From positions 1-45,431 of the forward strand of contig CAZSRC010000002.1 of the NCBI GenBank assembly GCA_964609365.1: DNA of 45,431 bases. The letters are read 5' to 3'. Of this stretch, positions 7,349 through 16,430 are shown piece after piece. The notes under the pieces were generated by a model that was given only the letters and a program-made list of their open reading frames with translations, ran no database searches and was not told the origin of the DNA. Source of the stretch: an uncultured Gammaproteobacteria bacterium (lineage in GTDB: Bacteria; Patescibacteriota; Patescibacteriia; Patescibacteriales; UBA12465). Position numbers and translations under genes: made by a program. Position 1 is the stretch's first letter; every line of letters starts with the position of its first letter.

Positions 7349-8578
7349 ATGAAACAATCATTTCTATTCACTAAAACAATTAAGGAGATCCCTAAAGATG
7401 AAACTTCTTATAATGCTCAAACTTTAATAAGGGCAGGCTTTATTGATAAGCTTGGTGCTGGTATTTATACATTTTTACCCTTGGGTTTAAGGGTTTTAAA
7501 TAAAATAAATAATATCATCAGAGAGGAAATTAATTCTGTTGGTGGGCAAGAGGTTTTAATGCCTGCGCTTACTCCTAAAGAGATTTGGCAAACAACGGAT
7601 CGCTGGGAAAACTTTGATGCCCTATTTAAACTTTTTGGCTCAGATGATAAGGAATATGCCTTAGGTGCTACCCACGAAGAAATTGTTACACCATTGGCAC
7701 AAAAATTTACCTTATCTTATCGAGATTTACCTTTCTCTATTTATCAAATTCAAACTAAATTTCGCAATGAAAAAAGAGCTAAGGCAGGCTTACTTCGGGG
7801 TCGAGAATTTTCAATGAAAGATTTATATTCTTTTCATGTTTCCCAAGAAGATCTTGATATTTATTATGAAAAAGTTAAACAGGTTTATTTTAATATTTAT
7901 AAAAGACTAGGATTAGGGGATATCACATATTTGACCTATGCTTCTGGAGGAGCTTTTTCTAAATATTCTCATGAATTTCAAACTATTTGTTCAGCCGGAG
8001 AAGATATTATTTATATTTGCCAAAAATGTAAAACTGCTATTAATCGAGAAATAATAGAAGAGCAAAAAGATTGCCCTGAATGTGGTAGTAATGATTTTAA
8101 AGAAGAAAAGGCTATTGAAGTGGGAAATATTTTTAAATTAGGAACTAAATTTTCCAAGTCTTTTGGTTTTCAGTATAAAAATCAATCTGATGATATTGGC
8201 GATATCATTATGGGTTGTTATGGTATGGGACCTAGTAGAATATTGGGAACTATTGTAGAGGTCTACCATGATGATAAAGGGATTATTTGGCCAGATAATA
8301 TAGCTCCTTTTTCTATTCACTTAATATCCTTAAAACAAAATGAAGAAGCCGAAAAAATTTATCAAAAATTAATATCTGCCGGTTTTGATGTTTTGTATGA
8401 TGATCGTGATGAGATTTCGGCTGGAGAGAAATTTGCCGATGCTGATTTAATTGGTTGTCCAGTTAGATTAGTTTTAAGTTCTAAAACATTAACAGATAAT
8501 AAAATTGAATTTAAAGCTAGGAAAAATAATAATTTAGAGCTAATAAATATTGATGATTTATTAAAATTTTTAAATTAA
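7349..8578 (+). CDS. proS: Prolyl-tRNA synthetase, bacterial-type core without an INS editing domain
   Basis: N-terminus FLFTKTIKEIP...LIRAGFIDKLGAGIYTFLPLGLRVLNKI. Motif 2 is FRNEKRAKAGLLRGREF and motif 3 is GCYGMGPSRILG. The C-terminal part is an anticodon-binding domain. Only 409 aa. A CxxC-x14-CxxC knuckle sits where INS normally lies. Confidence 0.85.
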   Translation: MKQSFLFTKTIKEIPKDETSYNAQTLIRAGFIDKLGAGIYTFLPLGLRVLNKINNIIREEINSVGGQEVLMPALTPKEIWQTTDRWENFDALFKLFGSDDKEYALGATHEEIVTPLAQKFTLSYRDLPFSIYQIQTKFRNEKRAKAGLLRGREFSMKDLYSFHVSQEDLDIYYEKVKQVYFNIYKRLGLGDITYLTYASGGAFSKYSHEFQTICSAGEDIIYICQKCKTAINREIIEEQKDCPECGSNDFKEEKAIEVGNIFKLGTKFSKSFGFQYKNQSDDIGDIIMGCYGMGPSRILGTIVEVYHDDKGIIWPDNIAPFSIHLISLKQNEEAEKIYQKLISAGFDVLYDDRDEISAGEKFADADLIGCPVRLVLSSKTLTDNKIEFKARKNNNLELINIDDLLKFLN

Positions 8579-8582
8579 AATT

Positions 8583-9626
8583 ATGTTTGAATTTTTTAAA
8601 AGAATAGGAAGACTTGGTCATGATATCGCTATTGATTTAGGTACTAAAAATACCCTAGTTTATGTTGATAAAAAAGGTATTATCATTAACGAACCTAGTG
8701 TTGTAGCTATTAATACTAAAACAACTGAAATTTTAGAAATTGGGCATGAGGCTAAAAAAATGGTTGGAAAAACTCCAGCTCATATTCAGGCAATTAAACC
8801 TTTGGTTGATGGTGTTATTTCTGATTTTGAAATTACTGAAAAAATGTTAAAACATTTTATTAATAAAGTTCATGGAGAGGGTTTTTCTTTTTTACCTCGC
8901 CCTCGTGTTATCATCGGAATTCCTTTAGATATTACAGAGGTAGAAAAAAAAGCCGTAGAGGATGCCGCCAAGTCAGCTGGCGCCAGGAAGGTTTATTTAA
9001 TAGAGGAAGTTATGGCCGCTGCTTTAGGAGCCGGTCTTCCAGTGGATAGTCCTAGAGCTAATATGATTGTTGATATCGGTGGAGGTACAACTGACATAGC
9101 AGTTATTTCTTTATCTGGAGTAGTTTCTTGGAAATCTTTAAGATTAGCAGGAAATGAATTGGATAATAATATTTCTGATTATATTAGAGATAATTTTAAT
9201 GTTTTAATTGGTGAGCAATTATCAGAAAAAATAAAAATAAATCTAGCATCAGTTATACCATTTGATGAAGAAAGAACTATGGAAATAAGAGGTAGGGATC
9301 TGGTAAACGGTCTTCCAACTTCTATTACTATTTCTGATTCTCAAGTTAGAGAAGCGATAAAAAAAACAATTATAAAAATAGTAGAAAATATAAAATTAAC
9401 CCTAGAAGAAACTCCGCCAGAATTAGTTTCAGATATTTATGAGCACGGACTTTATTTAAGTGGTGGTGGAGCACTTCTTTATGGTTTGGATAAGCTAGTT
9501 GCCAAGGCCACTAAGATACCAGTTTTAGTTGTTGATGATCCACTTTCAGCTATGGTTAGGGGTTCTGGTGCTTTATTTGCAGACGAAGAATTATTAAAAA
9601 AAATAACATCAGTTTTGGATTTATAG
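8583..9626 (+). CDS. mreB: Rod-shape protein MreB (copy 1, linked to mreCD)
   Basis: Actin-fold motifs IAIDLGTKNT, VDIGGGTTD and LSGGGALL. 347 aa. Has an N-terminal extension, MFEFFKRIGRLGHD. Confidence 0.9.
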   Translation: MFEFFKRIGRLGHDIAIDLGTKNTLVYVDKKGIIINEPSVVAINTKTTEILEIGHEAKKMVGKTPAHIQAIKPLVDGVISDFEITEKMLKHFINKVHGEGFSFLPRPRVIIGIPLDITEVEKKAVEDAAKSAGARKVYLIEEVMAAALGAGLPVDSPRANMIVDIGGGTTDIAVISLSGVVSWKSLRLAGNELDNNISDYIRDNFNVLIGEQLSEKIKINLASVIPFDEERTMEIRGRDLVNGLPTSITISDSQVREAIKKTIIKIVENIKLTLEETPPELVSDIYEHGLYLSGGGALLYGLDKLVAKATKIPVLVVDDPLSAMVRGSGALFADEELLKKITSVLDL

Positions 9627-9636
9627 CTTTATTATT

Positions 9637-10443
9637 ATGATTTTTTTTAAGAGAAATAAATTTTATAAAATTATTATAGCAGTTTTCTTACTGCTTGTTT
9701 TTTTAAATTTTATTAATTTTTCTTCTTTTGGTAGAAGAATATTTTCTATAGTAGTTGAGCCAGGTACAAGTTATTCTAAGAATTTATCTGAAAAATTATT
9801 TGTTAATAAAAAAAATAAAAAAGAACTTGAGGATAAGATTTTAATTTTAGAAGAAAAAATTCAATCTACAGATGTTGAAATGGCCAGGCTTTATTCTCTA
9901 GAAGATGAAAATAATTCGCTAAGAAATCATCTTAGTTTTTTTAATGATAAATCTTTTGATTATGTTTTAGCTAATGTTCTTTGGCAGGAAAATTTTTTAA
10001 ATTTTTCTCACTATAATCAAAATATTATAATAAATAAAGGATCTGACAATAATTTACGCCCTGGCTTAGCTGTTTTAAATGAATTTGGCATCGTTGTAGG
10101 TAGAATAATAGACGTTCAAGAGAAGCAATCCAGAGTTTGTTTAATGAATAATAATTTTTGTAAAATGGCAGTATCTGTTAATAATAATGACAGGAGTATC
10201 GGTTTAGCTGAAGGTAATCTTGGCCTATCTATAAAATTAAATTTTGTTCCTCAAAATGAAGTAATTAATATTGGGGATATGATAATTAGCTCCGGATTAG
10301 AGAGTGATGTTCCTAGAGGTTTAGCAGTCGGCAAGGTTAATTACATTAATCAAGATGTTAGTGATATATGGCAAAATATAAGCATAGAGCCTCTTTTTAA
10401 TACTAATAAGTTAGGGATAGTCTCAATAATTATTCCTAAATAA
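9637..10443 (+). CDS. mreC: Rod-shape protein MreC
   Basis: N-terminal TM helix, coiled-coil segment, C-terminal GDMIISSGLESDVPRGLAVGKV motif. It sits directly after mreB. Confidence 0.8.
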   Translation: MIFFKRNKFYKIIIAVFLLLVFLNFINFSSFGRRIFSIVVEPGTSYSKNLSEKLFVNKKNKKELEDKILILEEKIQSTDVEMARLYSLEDENNSLRNHLSFFNDKSFDYVLANVLWQENFLNFSHYNQNIIINKGSDNNLRPGLAVLNEFGIVVGRIIDVQEKQSRVCLMNNNFCKMAVSVNNNDRSIGLAEGNLGLSIKLNFVPQNEVINIGDMIISSGLESDVPRGLAVGKVNYINQDVSDIWQNISIEPLFNTNKLGIVSIIIPK

Positions 10444-10448
10444 TTAAA

Positions 10449-10961
10449 ATGATAAAATTTATAAATTTTTTTAAATTTTTTGTTTTAGCTCTTTTTATAT
10501 TTTTGCTACAAAATGGGCTAATAAATTCAATGCCAGGAATTTTATCAAGGATAAATTTATTTCCATTTTTAATTATTTTTTTATTTATTTTTTATAATTT
10601 TCAAGCATCTCTTTATTTTTCAGTTTTTCTAGGATTTTTATTAGATATATTTTCTTTTTATCCTTTTGGGGTTTATCTAGTATCATTTTTAGTAGTGTTA
10701 TCTCTAGCTAATTTTTTTTGGGACAAATTCTTTACAAATAAGTCTGTTTATTCATTTTTAGCTCTAAGTTCTTTTTTGTTATTTTTTTATAATATAGTTC
10801 TTTATTCTATTATTTATTATTTTGATAGTTTTTACTTAGATTTTTTTTATTTTGGTAAAATATTCTGGATTAATTTATTTTGGGAGTTTTTCTGGCTTAA
10901 TTTAGGGGTATTAATTTCTTTTTATTTAATGCAAACAAATAATAAAAAGTTTTTAAGTTAA
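10449..10961 (+). CDS. mreD: Rod-shape protein MreD (polytopic membrane protein)
   Basis: 170-aa, highly hydrophobic, multi-TM protein immediately downstream of mreC. The call rests on synteny and topology, not on a strong motif. Confidence 0.65.
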   Translation: MIKFINFFKFFVLALFIFLLQNGLINSMPGILSRINLFPFLIIFLFIFYNFQASLYFSVFLGFLLDIFSFYPFGVYLVSFLVVLSLANFFWDKFFTNKSVYSFLALSSFLLFFYNIVLYSIIYYFDSFYLDFFYFGKIFWINLFWEFFWLNLGVLISFYLMQTNNKKFLS

Positions 10962-10966
10962 TTTTT

Positions 10967-10995
10967 TTGATAAAAAAGCAAATTAATGCTATTAT
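10967..10995 (+). promoter_or_regulatory. Putative sigma70-like promoter for the PfkB kinase gene
   Basis: TTGATA (10967-10972), 17 nt, TATTAT (10990-10995), about 25 nt before ATG 11020. Confidence 0.35.
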
Positions 10996-11019
10996 ATTAT
11001 TGTTTTTAATTATTTGAGA

Positions 11020-12006
11020 ATGAAATTTGATTTTATTACAATTGGTGGAATTACTGAAGATATAGTCTTTTTTACAGACCAGGGTCTTTTAATTCAAAAT
11101 AAGGAAAATATTTTAATGCAAAAAATATTAGGTTTTGAATATGGTTCTAAAATCAATATAAAAGAATACGGTCATTATTTTGGCGGTGGAGCTCTTAATA
11201 CAGCGGTTAACTTTAGTAATCTAGGATTTAAAAGTTCTTGTGTTTCTAGGGTTGGCAAAGATGAGAGATCCTCTAGATTTTTAAAAGTTTTAAAAAATAA
11301 AAAAATAGATAGTAAAAATATAGAATTTGATAGGAAGCATGATTCTGGATTTTCTTTTATTTTAAATAATAAAAAAGATAGAATTATTTTTACTTATCGA
11401 GGCGCTAATGATTATTTAGATTTAGGCAAAAAAGATTTAAGTTTTTTAAGTCATTCAAGGTGGGTTTATCTAAGCTCATTACCAAGTAATTGCAGTGAAA
11501 GTTTAAAAAATATTTTTAAAAATAAAAATAAAATAGCATGGAATCCCGGAATACAGCAACTTTCCAAGGGTATCAGTGGAATATCTGGGTTTTTAAAAAA
11601 AACTGATATTTTAATATTAAATAAAGATGAGGCCCTAGAGTTAATTAAAAAAACTAAGCACCTAGAAAATATTAAAGATAGTTTTTTGATTAATTCTAAA
11701 AATCTAATTAAATTATTAAAAACAGAAAGTCTCTCAAATATTATCATCTTAACTGACGGAGAGAACGGAGCTTATTTTTTTGATGGAAATAATTTTTATT
11801 ATCAAAAAATAATTAAAAATTCAAAAAAAATTGATTCAACTGGAGTTGGCGATACCTTTGCCTCTACCTTTGTAGCATTTTTTGAGAGGCTTAATGGGGA
11901 TTATAAAAAATCTATGTTTTTAGCTGTTAAAAATGCTTCATCAGTTGTATCTATGCCTGGAGCTCAAAATGGGCTTTTAAATTTGAAAGATTTGTTAAAA
12001 AGTTAA
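11020..12006 (+). CDS. PfkB/ribokinase-family carbohydrate kinase
   Basis: GG motif (FGGGALNTA) and C-terminal DSTGVGDTFASTF (the DTxGAGD motif). ATG 11020 is preferred over TTG 11014. Confidence 0.8.
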   Translation: MKFDFITIGGITEDIVFFTDQGLLIQNKENILMQKILGFEYGSKINIKEYGHYFGGGALNTAVNFSNLGFKSSCVSRVGKDERSSRFLKVLKNKKIDSKNIEFDRKHDSGFSFILNNKKDRIIFTYRGANDYLDLGKKDLSFLSHSRWVYLSSLPSNCSESLKNIFKNKNKIAWNPGIQQLSKGISGISGFLKKTDILILNKDEALELIKKTKHLENIKDSFLINSKNLIKLLKTESLSNIIILTDGENGAYFFDGNNFYYQKIIKNSKKIDSTGVGDTFASTFVAFFERLNGDYKKSMFLAVKNASSVVSMPGAQNGLLNLKDLLKS

Positions 12007-12072
12007 TATATATTTATAAATTAATAAAAATCTAATTTTATCTAAAATTTTTTAAGATTAGAATAAAAAAAT

Positions 12073-12510
12073 ATGAAAAATATTTTTATAATCGAAGATG
12101 ATCTAAATATTTTATATGGCTTAAAGGATATTTTTTCTTCAAATGATTATGAGGTTGAAACTAGTGATTCAAATGAGGAGCTAGATGATTTGATCAAAAG
12201 AATCAAAAAATTTAAAACAAATATAGTTGTTTTGGATTTAGTTTTACCAAAATTAGATGGACTAGAAGTTATTAAAACAATAAAATCTAATGATGATCTT
12301 AAGGATATAGAGATATTTATCTTTACGGATTTGAGCGATGAAGATGGTAAGAGTAGAAGTGTTGGACTCGGGGCTAATTATTATTTTATGAAAAATGAGT
12401 TTGATATTTATGCTTTTGCTAATAAAATAATGCGTATCATGGACAGATCTTCTAATGATTTTGTTGACGAAGATAATCTAGAGGACTCAGAGGATATAGT
12501 CATGGATTAG
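12073..12510 (+). CDS. Stand-alone response-regulator receiver (CheY-like) with an acidic C-terminal tail
   Basis: Acidic pair IIEDD, phospho-acceptor context VVLDLVLPKLDG, conserved T (IFIFTD) and K (YYFMK). No output domain. The tail is DEDNLEDSEDIVMD. Confidence 0.8.
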   Translation: MKNIFIIEDDLNILYGLKDIFSSNDYEVETSDSNEELDDLIKRIKKFKTNIVVLDLVLPKLDGLEVIKTIKSNDDLKDIEIFIFTDLSDEDGKSRSVGLGANYYFMKNEFDIYAFANKIMRIMDRSSNDFVDEDNLEDSEDIVMD

Positions 12511-12533
12511 TTATTTAATTTAATTTAATTTTT

Positions 12534-14450
12534 ATGAAATTTAAAAGAAAAAGATTGATTATAGTTATTTCTATAATTTTATTTATTGTTTTTATTATAT
12601 TTTTATCCTTTTTTAAAAAAGATAAGGTTGAATATGTTAGCGTTGAATTAAAAAAACAAAATTTAATTCAAACTGTTAGTGAAATAGGAACCGTTAAAGC
12701 TAATCAAGAATTAGGTTTAAATTTTTTACAAGCTGGAAAATTAAAATCTCTTAATTTTAAGGTTGGTGATCAGGTTAACGAGGGAGATGTTTTGGCTGAG
12801 CTTGATTACTCTTCATTATTAATAAGAAAAGATGAGGTTTTAGCTTCTTTGAAAATTGCTCAAACTAATCAAGATAAGTTAATAAAAGGGGCTTCTTATG
12901 AAGATATTGCTGTTTTAGAGGCACAAGTTAGGCAATCAGAAAGTTCTTATGAGTCAGCTAAAAAAGATTTAGAGCAAGTAAAAAAAATGAGCTCTGAAAA
13001 TATTTATCAAGCTGAAAGAAATTTAAGTGATTTGTTGCTACCAAATTCTCAATTAAAAATGTCAGTCAAACAATCAGTTGAATCAGCTAAACTTGCCTTG
13101 TCTAATACTGAAAAAACATCAAAACAAATTATGGAAAATAGTAGACAGTCAATGCTTTCTTCTATTGATTATAATTTTTCAGTTGCTAGAGCCTCCTTGG
13201 ACTCTATTAATAGAATTTTAAATGATGAAGATATAAAAAATGTTTTTAGTGTTAAAAACTATTTTTATAAAATAGAAAGTGAAAAATCTTATAATCAGTC
13301 AATGGAGTTTTTACCAAAAATAGAGGCTCAAATTAAAATAGCAAAGCTTGATAGTAATAAAGAAAATTTAAAAAAAACATCAGATGAATTAGTTTCTTTT
13401 TTGAATCAAGTTTTTTTAACTTTAAATAATTGTTTTAGTGCTCTAGAGAGTACTATTACATCATCCTCTTTTTCGCAAGCATCTTTAGATAATTTTAAAA
13501 ATTTAGTTAATACAAATAAAACTAATATTAATAGATCATTGTCTGATTTACAGGGAACTTATTTCGCTTTTAATAATTCAGTCTTAAGTTATGAAACAAA
13601 TGTTTCCAGTGCTCAAGATAACCTAGGAAAAGCAGAGGCTGCTTTAAGTGATGCTATTTCTGCTGCTGAAAATAATTTAAGCATAGTTAAAATTAGCTCT
13701 GGTCAACAAATTTTATCATCAGAGTCTAGACTTGATTCTGCTAAAAAATCTTATGAAGTTGCTAAATTACAATTATCAAAACTTAAAACTTCAGCTAGTT
13801 CAAATGATTTAAAATTAGCACAAGCTCAGGTAGACCAAGCTAATGCTAGCTTAAGTTTAATAGAAAAACAAATTGAAGATAATTTAATTAAAGCACCTAT
13901 TAATGGAAAAATAGTAAAAATGAATTATGAAGTTGGAGAACAAGTTAATAATTCTAAGTCAGTTATTAGTTTATTAACTGAAAATAATTTTGAAATTGAG
14001 GTTTTAATTTCTGAATCAGATATTAGTAAAATTAAAATTGGTAATAAAGCAGAAATTAGTTTTGATGCTTTTGGAGATGATTATAAAATTGATGCTCAGG
14101 TTTATTTTATTGAACCAGCTGCTACCTCTATTTCAGATGTTATATATTATAAAACAAAACTTATTTTTTCAGAGGATCAAATTGATTCAAATAGTTTTGT
14201 TATTAAATCAGGGATGACTGCAAATGTTAATATTGTTGCTAATTTCAAGAAAAATGTTTTGACTTTGCCATCTAGAGCGATTTTGACTAATAGTGATGGA
14301 CTTCGTTATGTTAGACTTTTAGAAAATAATAATATTAAAGAAGTTTTAGTTGAAATTGGTTTAAGTGGTGATCAAACTATGACTGAAGTTTTATCTGAGG
14401 ATTTAAAAGAAGGGGATTTAATAGTTACTTCTATTAGAAATAAAGATTAG
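12534..14450 (+). CDS. HlyD/MacA-type periplasmic adaptor (membrane fusion protein) with a very long helical insert
   Basis: N-terminal TM anchor. The lipoyl-like motif is split between KVGDQVNEGDVLAELD (about aa 76-91) and LIKAPINGKIVKMNYEVGEQV (about aa 451-471). The roughly 360 residues between them have Ala/Ser/Leu/Lys/Gln-rich helical character. C-terminal beta-barrel and MP domains are present. 638 aa. Confidence 0.8.
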   Translation: MKFKRKRLIIVISIILFIVFIIFLSFFKKDKVEYVSVELKKQNLIQTVSEIGTVKANQELGLNFLQAGKLKSLNFKVGDQVNEGDVLAELDYSSLLIRKDEVLASLKIAQTNQDKLIKGASYEDIAVLEAQVRQSESSYESAKKDLEQVKKMSSENIYQAERNLSDLLLPNSQLKMSVKQSVESAKLALSNTEKTSKQIMENSRQSMLSSIDYNFSVARASLDSINRILNDEDIKNVFSVKNYFYKIESEKSYNQSMEFLPKIEAQIKIAKLDSNKENLKKTSDELVSFLNQVFLTLNNCFSALESTITSSSFSQASLDNFKNLVNTNKTNINRSLSDLQGTYFAFNNSVLSYETNVSSAQDNLGKAEAALSDAISAAENNLSIVKISSGQQILSSESRLDSAKKSYEVAKLQLSKLKTSASSNDLKLAQAQVDQANASLSLIEKQIEDNLIKAPINGKIVKMNYEVGEQVNNSKSVISLLTENNFEIEVLISESDISKIKIGNKAEISFDAFGDDYKIDAQVYFIEPAATSISDVIYYKTKLIFSEDQIDSNSFVIKSGMTANVNIVANFKKNVLTLPSRAILTNSDGLRYVRLLENNNIKEVLVEIGLSGDQTMTEVLSEDLKEGDLIVTSIRNKD

Positions 14451-14453
14451 TTT

Positions 14454-15167
14454 ATGTTAATAAATATTGATAATTTAGTAAAAGAATATAAATCTGAAGA
14501 TATTATAACCAAGGTATTACACGGTCTTTCTTTTAATATTGATCATGGAGAGTTTGTATCTATTATGGGTCCATCTGGATCAGGAAAATCAACCTTAATG
14601 CATATTTTAGGGTTACTTGATAGACTTAGCTCCGGCTCTTATTATTTTGAAGGGGAGGATGTTAGTAAAATGGATGATGATCAATTAGCAGCTTTTAGAA
14701 ATGAAAAAATTGGTTTTGTTTTTCAATCTTTTAATTTATTATCAAAAACATCTGTTTTAGATAATGTTATATTACCGCTAACCTATTCTAGTGATAAAAA
14801 AAATATGAGCACTAGAGCAAAGGAGGTTTTAACAAGTGTTGGGCTGTCTCATCGTTTTAATTATTACACTAATCAAATATCTGGTGGTGAAAAACAAAGA
14901 GTTGCAATTGCTAGAGCTTTAGTAAATAATCCCTCAGTTATTTTTGCTGATGAGCCAACTGGAAATCTTGATTCTAAATCTGGCATTCAAATTATGGATA
15001 TTTTACAGAAATTAAATGATCAAGGTAATACAATTATTTTAGTAACCCATGAAACCTATACAGCGGAGCATGCAAAAAGAATAATAAAAGTTAGAGATGG
15101 TTTAATTATTAGTGATGAACCAGTCTTGAATCGTAGATTTGCTAAGGATGGTCTAACTTTGAAATAA
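14454..15167 (+). CDS. ABC transporter ATP-binding protein (MacB/LolD-type)
   Basis: Walker A GPSGSGKST, Q-loop FVFQSF, signature ISGGEKQR, Walker B VIFADEPTGNLD, H-loop VTHE. Confidence 0.9.
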   Translation: MLINIDNLVKEYKSEDIITKVLHGLSFNIDHGEFVSIMGPSGSGKSTLMHILGLLDRLSSGSYYFEGEDVSKMDDDQLAAFRNEKIGFVFQSFNLLSKTSVLDNVILPLTYSSDKKNMSTRAKEVLTSVGLSHRFNYYTNQISGGEKQRVAIARALVNNPSVIFADEPTGNLDSKSGIQIMDILQKLNDQGNTIILVTHETYTAEHAKRIIKVRDGLIISDEPVLNRRFAKDGLTLK

Positions 15168-16424
15168 ATGAATTTTTTATCTCTCAAACAAGCTTTTAAT
15201 ACTTCAATTAAAGCTCTTAAGGCCAATAAGGCTAGGAGTTTTTTAACTATGCTTGGTATAATTATTGGAGTTGCCTCTGTTATTATTATTATGTCAGTTG
15301 GTTCAGGGGCTCAAAGTTTGATATTAGGTCAAATAGAGGGACTAGGTTCTAATTTGGTATCAATTACTCCCGGTAAATTAGATGATAAGGGTCCACCAAC
15401 ATCTGTTTTGGGGATAGTAGTGACATCACTTACCTTAGATGATTTCAAGTCTATAGAAAATTCTAAAAATTTAATTGGCATTGATTCTCTGGTTGCCTAT
15501 GTAGAGGGCTTGGCGACTATTTCTTTTAAAAATAATTCATATGATTCTAGTGTTGAGGGTGTTACTGAAACTTATATTGAAACAGAGGGAGGGGAATTAA
15601 GTAATGGTAGGTTTTTTAGCAAGGAAGAAAATGACTCTCTAGGAAGGGTTGTCGTTCTTGGAAATACTGTTAAAAATGAGTTATTTGGTGATTCAAATCC
15701 AGTAGGTCAGAGGGTTAAAATAAAAAAACAAATTTTCGAAGTAATTGGAGTTTTAGAGGAGAGGGGACAAGTTGCTTTTAGAGATTATGATAATAAGGTT
15801 TTGATTCCTATTAAAACCATGCAAAAAAATATAGCTGGTATAAACTATTTAAATAGTATAAATATTAAACTTAGTGAAGGTACCATTTTATCAAATGCCA
15901 TTAGTGATATAGAAAATATTTTAAGAGAGAATCATGGAATAAAAGATCAAAGTGGTGATAGTGATGATTTTTCAGTTAGAAGTTTAACGGAACTACTTAA
16001 TTTAATAAAAACTATAACAGATGCTTTGAGATATTTTTTGGCATTAATGGCTGGTTTATCGCTTATTGTTGGTGGTATTGGTATTATGAATATTATGCTT
16101 ATTAGTGTTAATGAAAGGACCAGGGAAATAGGAGTTCGAAAGGCTATAGGCGCTTCTAATAAAAATATAATTAGTCAATTTTTATTAGAATCAATATTTT
16201 TAACTTTAATTGGAGGAATAATTGGTATAGTTGTGGGAATTATAATTTCTTGGTTTATTTCTTTGATTATGAATTATTTAAATTACGACTGGTCTTTTAT
16301 TGTCAGTCTATTTTCTGTCTTTATTGCCGTTTTTGTTTCAGCTTTAGTTGGTTTAGTTTTTGGTCTTTATCCAGCCAAGAAGGCTAGCAAGTTGGAGCCA
16401 GTTCAAGCTCTTAGTTATGAATAA
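15168..16424 (+). CDS. ABC transporter permease, FtsX/MacB-type (paralog 1)
   Basis: TM1, a roughly 230-aa extracytoplasmic domain, then three C-terminal TMs containing ERTREIGVRKAIGAS. The ATG directly abuts the stop codon of the ATPase gene. Confidence 0.85.
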   Translation: MNFLSLKQAFNTSIKALKANKARSFLTMLGIIIGVASVIIIMSVGSGAQSLILGQIEGLGSNLVSITPGKLDDKGPPTSVLGIVVTSLTLDDFKSIENSKNLIGIDSLVAYVEGLATISFKNNSYDSSVEGVTETYIETEGGELSNGRFFSKEENDSLGRVVVLGNTVKNELFGDSNPVGQRVKIKKQIFEVIGVLEERGQVAFRDYDNKVLIPIKTMQKNIAGINYLNSINIKLSEGTILSNAISDIENILRENHGIKDQSGDSDDFSVRSLTELLNLIKTITDALRYFLALMAGLSLIVGGIGIMNIMLISVNERTREIGVRKAIGASNKNIISQFLLESIFLTLIGGIIGIVVGIIISWFISLIMNYLNYDWSFIVSLFSVFIAVFVSALVGLVFGLYPAKKASKLEPVQALSYE

Positions 16425-16430
16425 TTTTTT

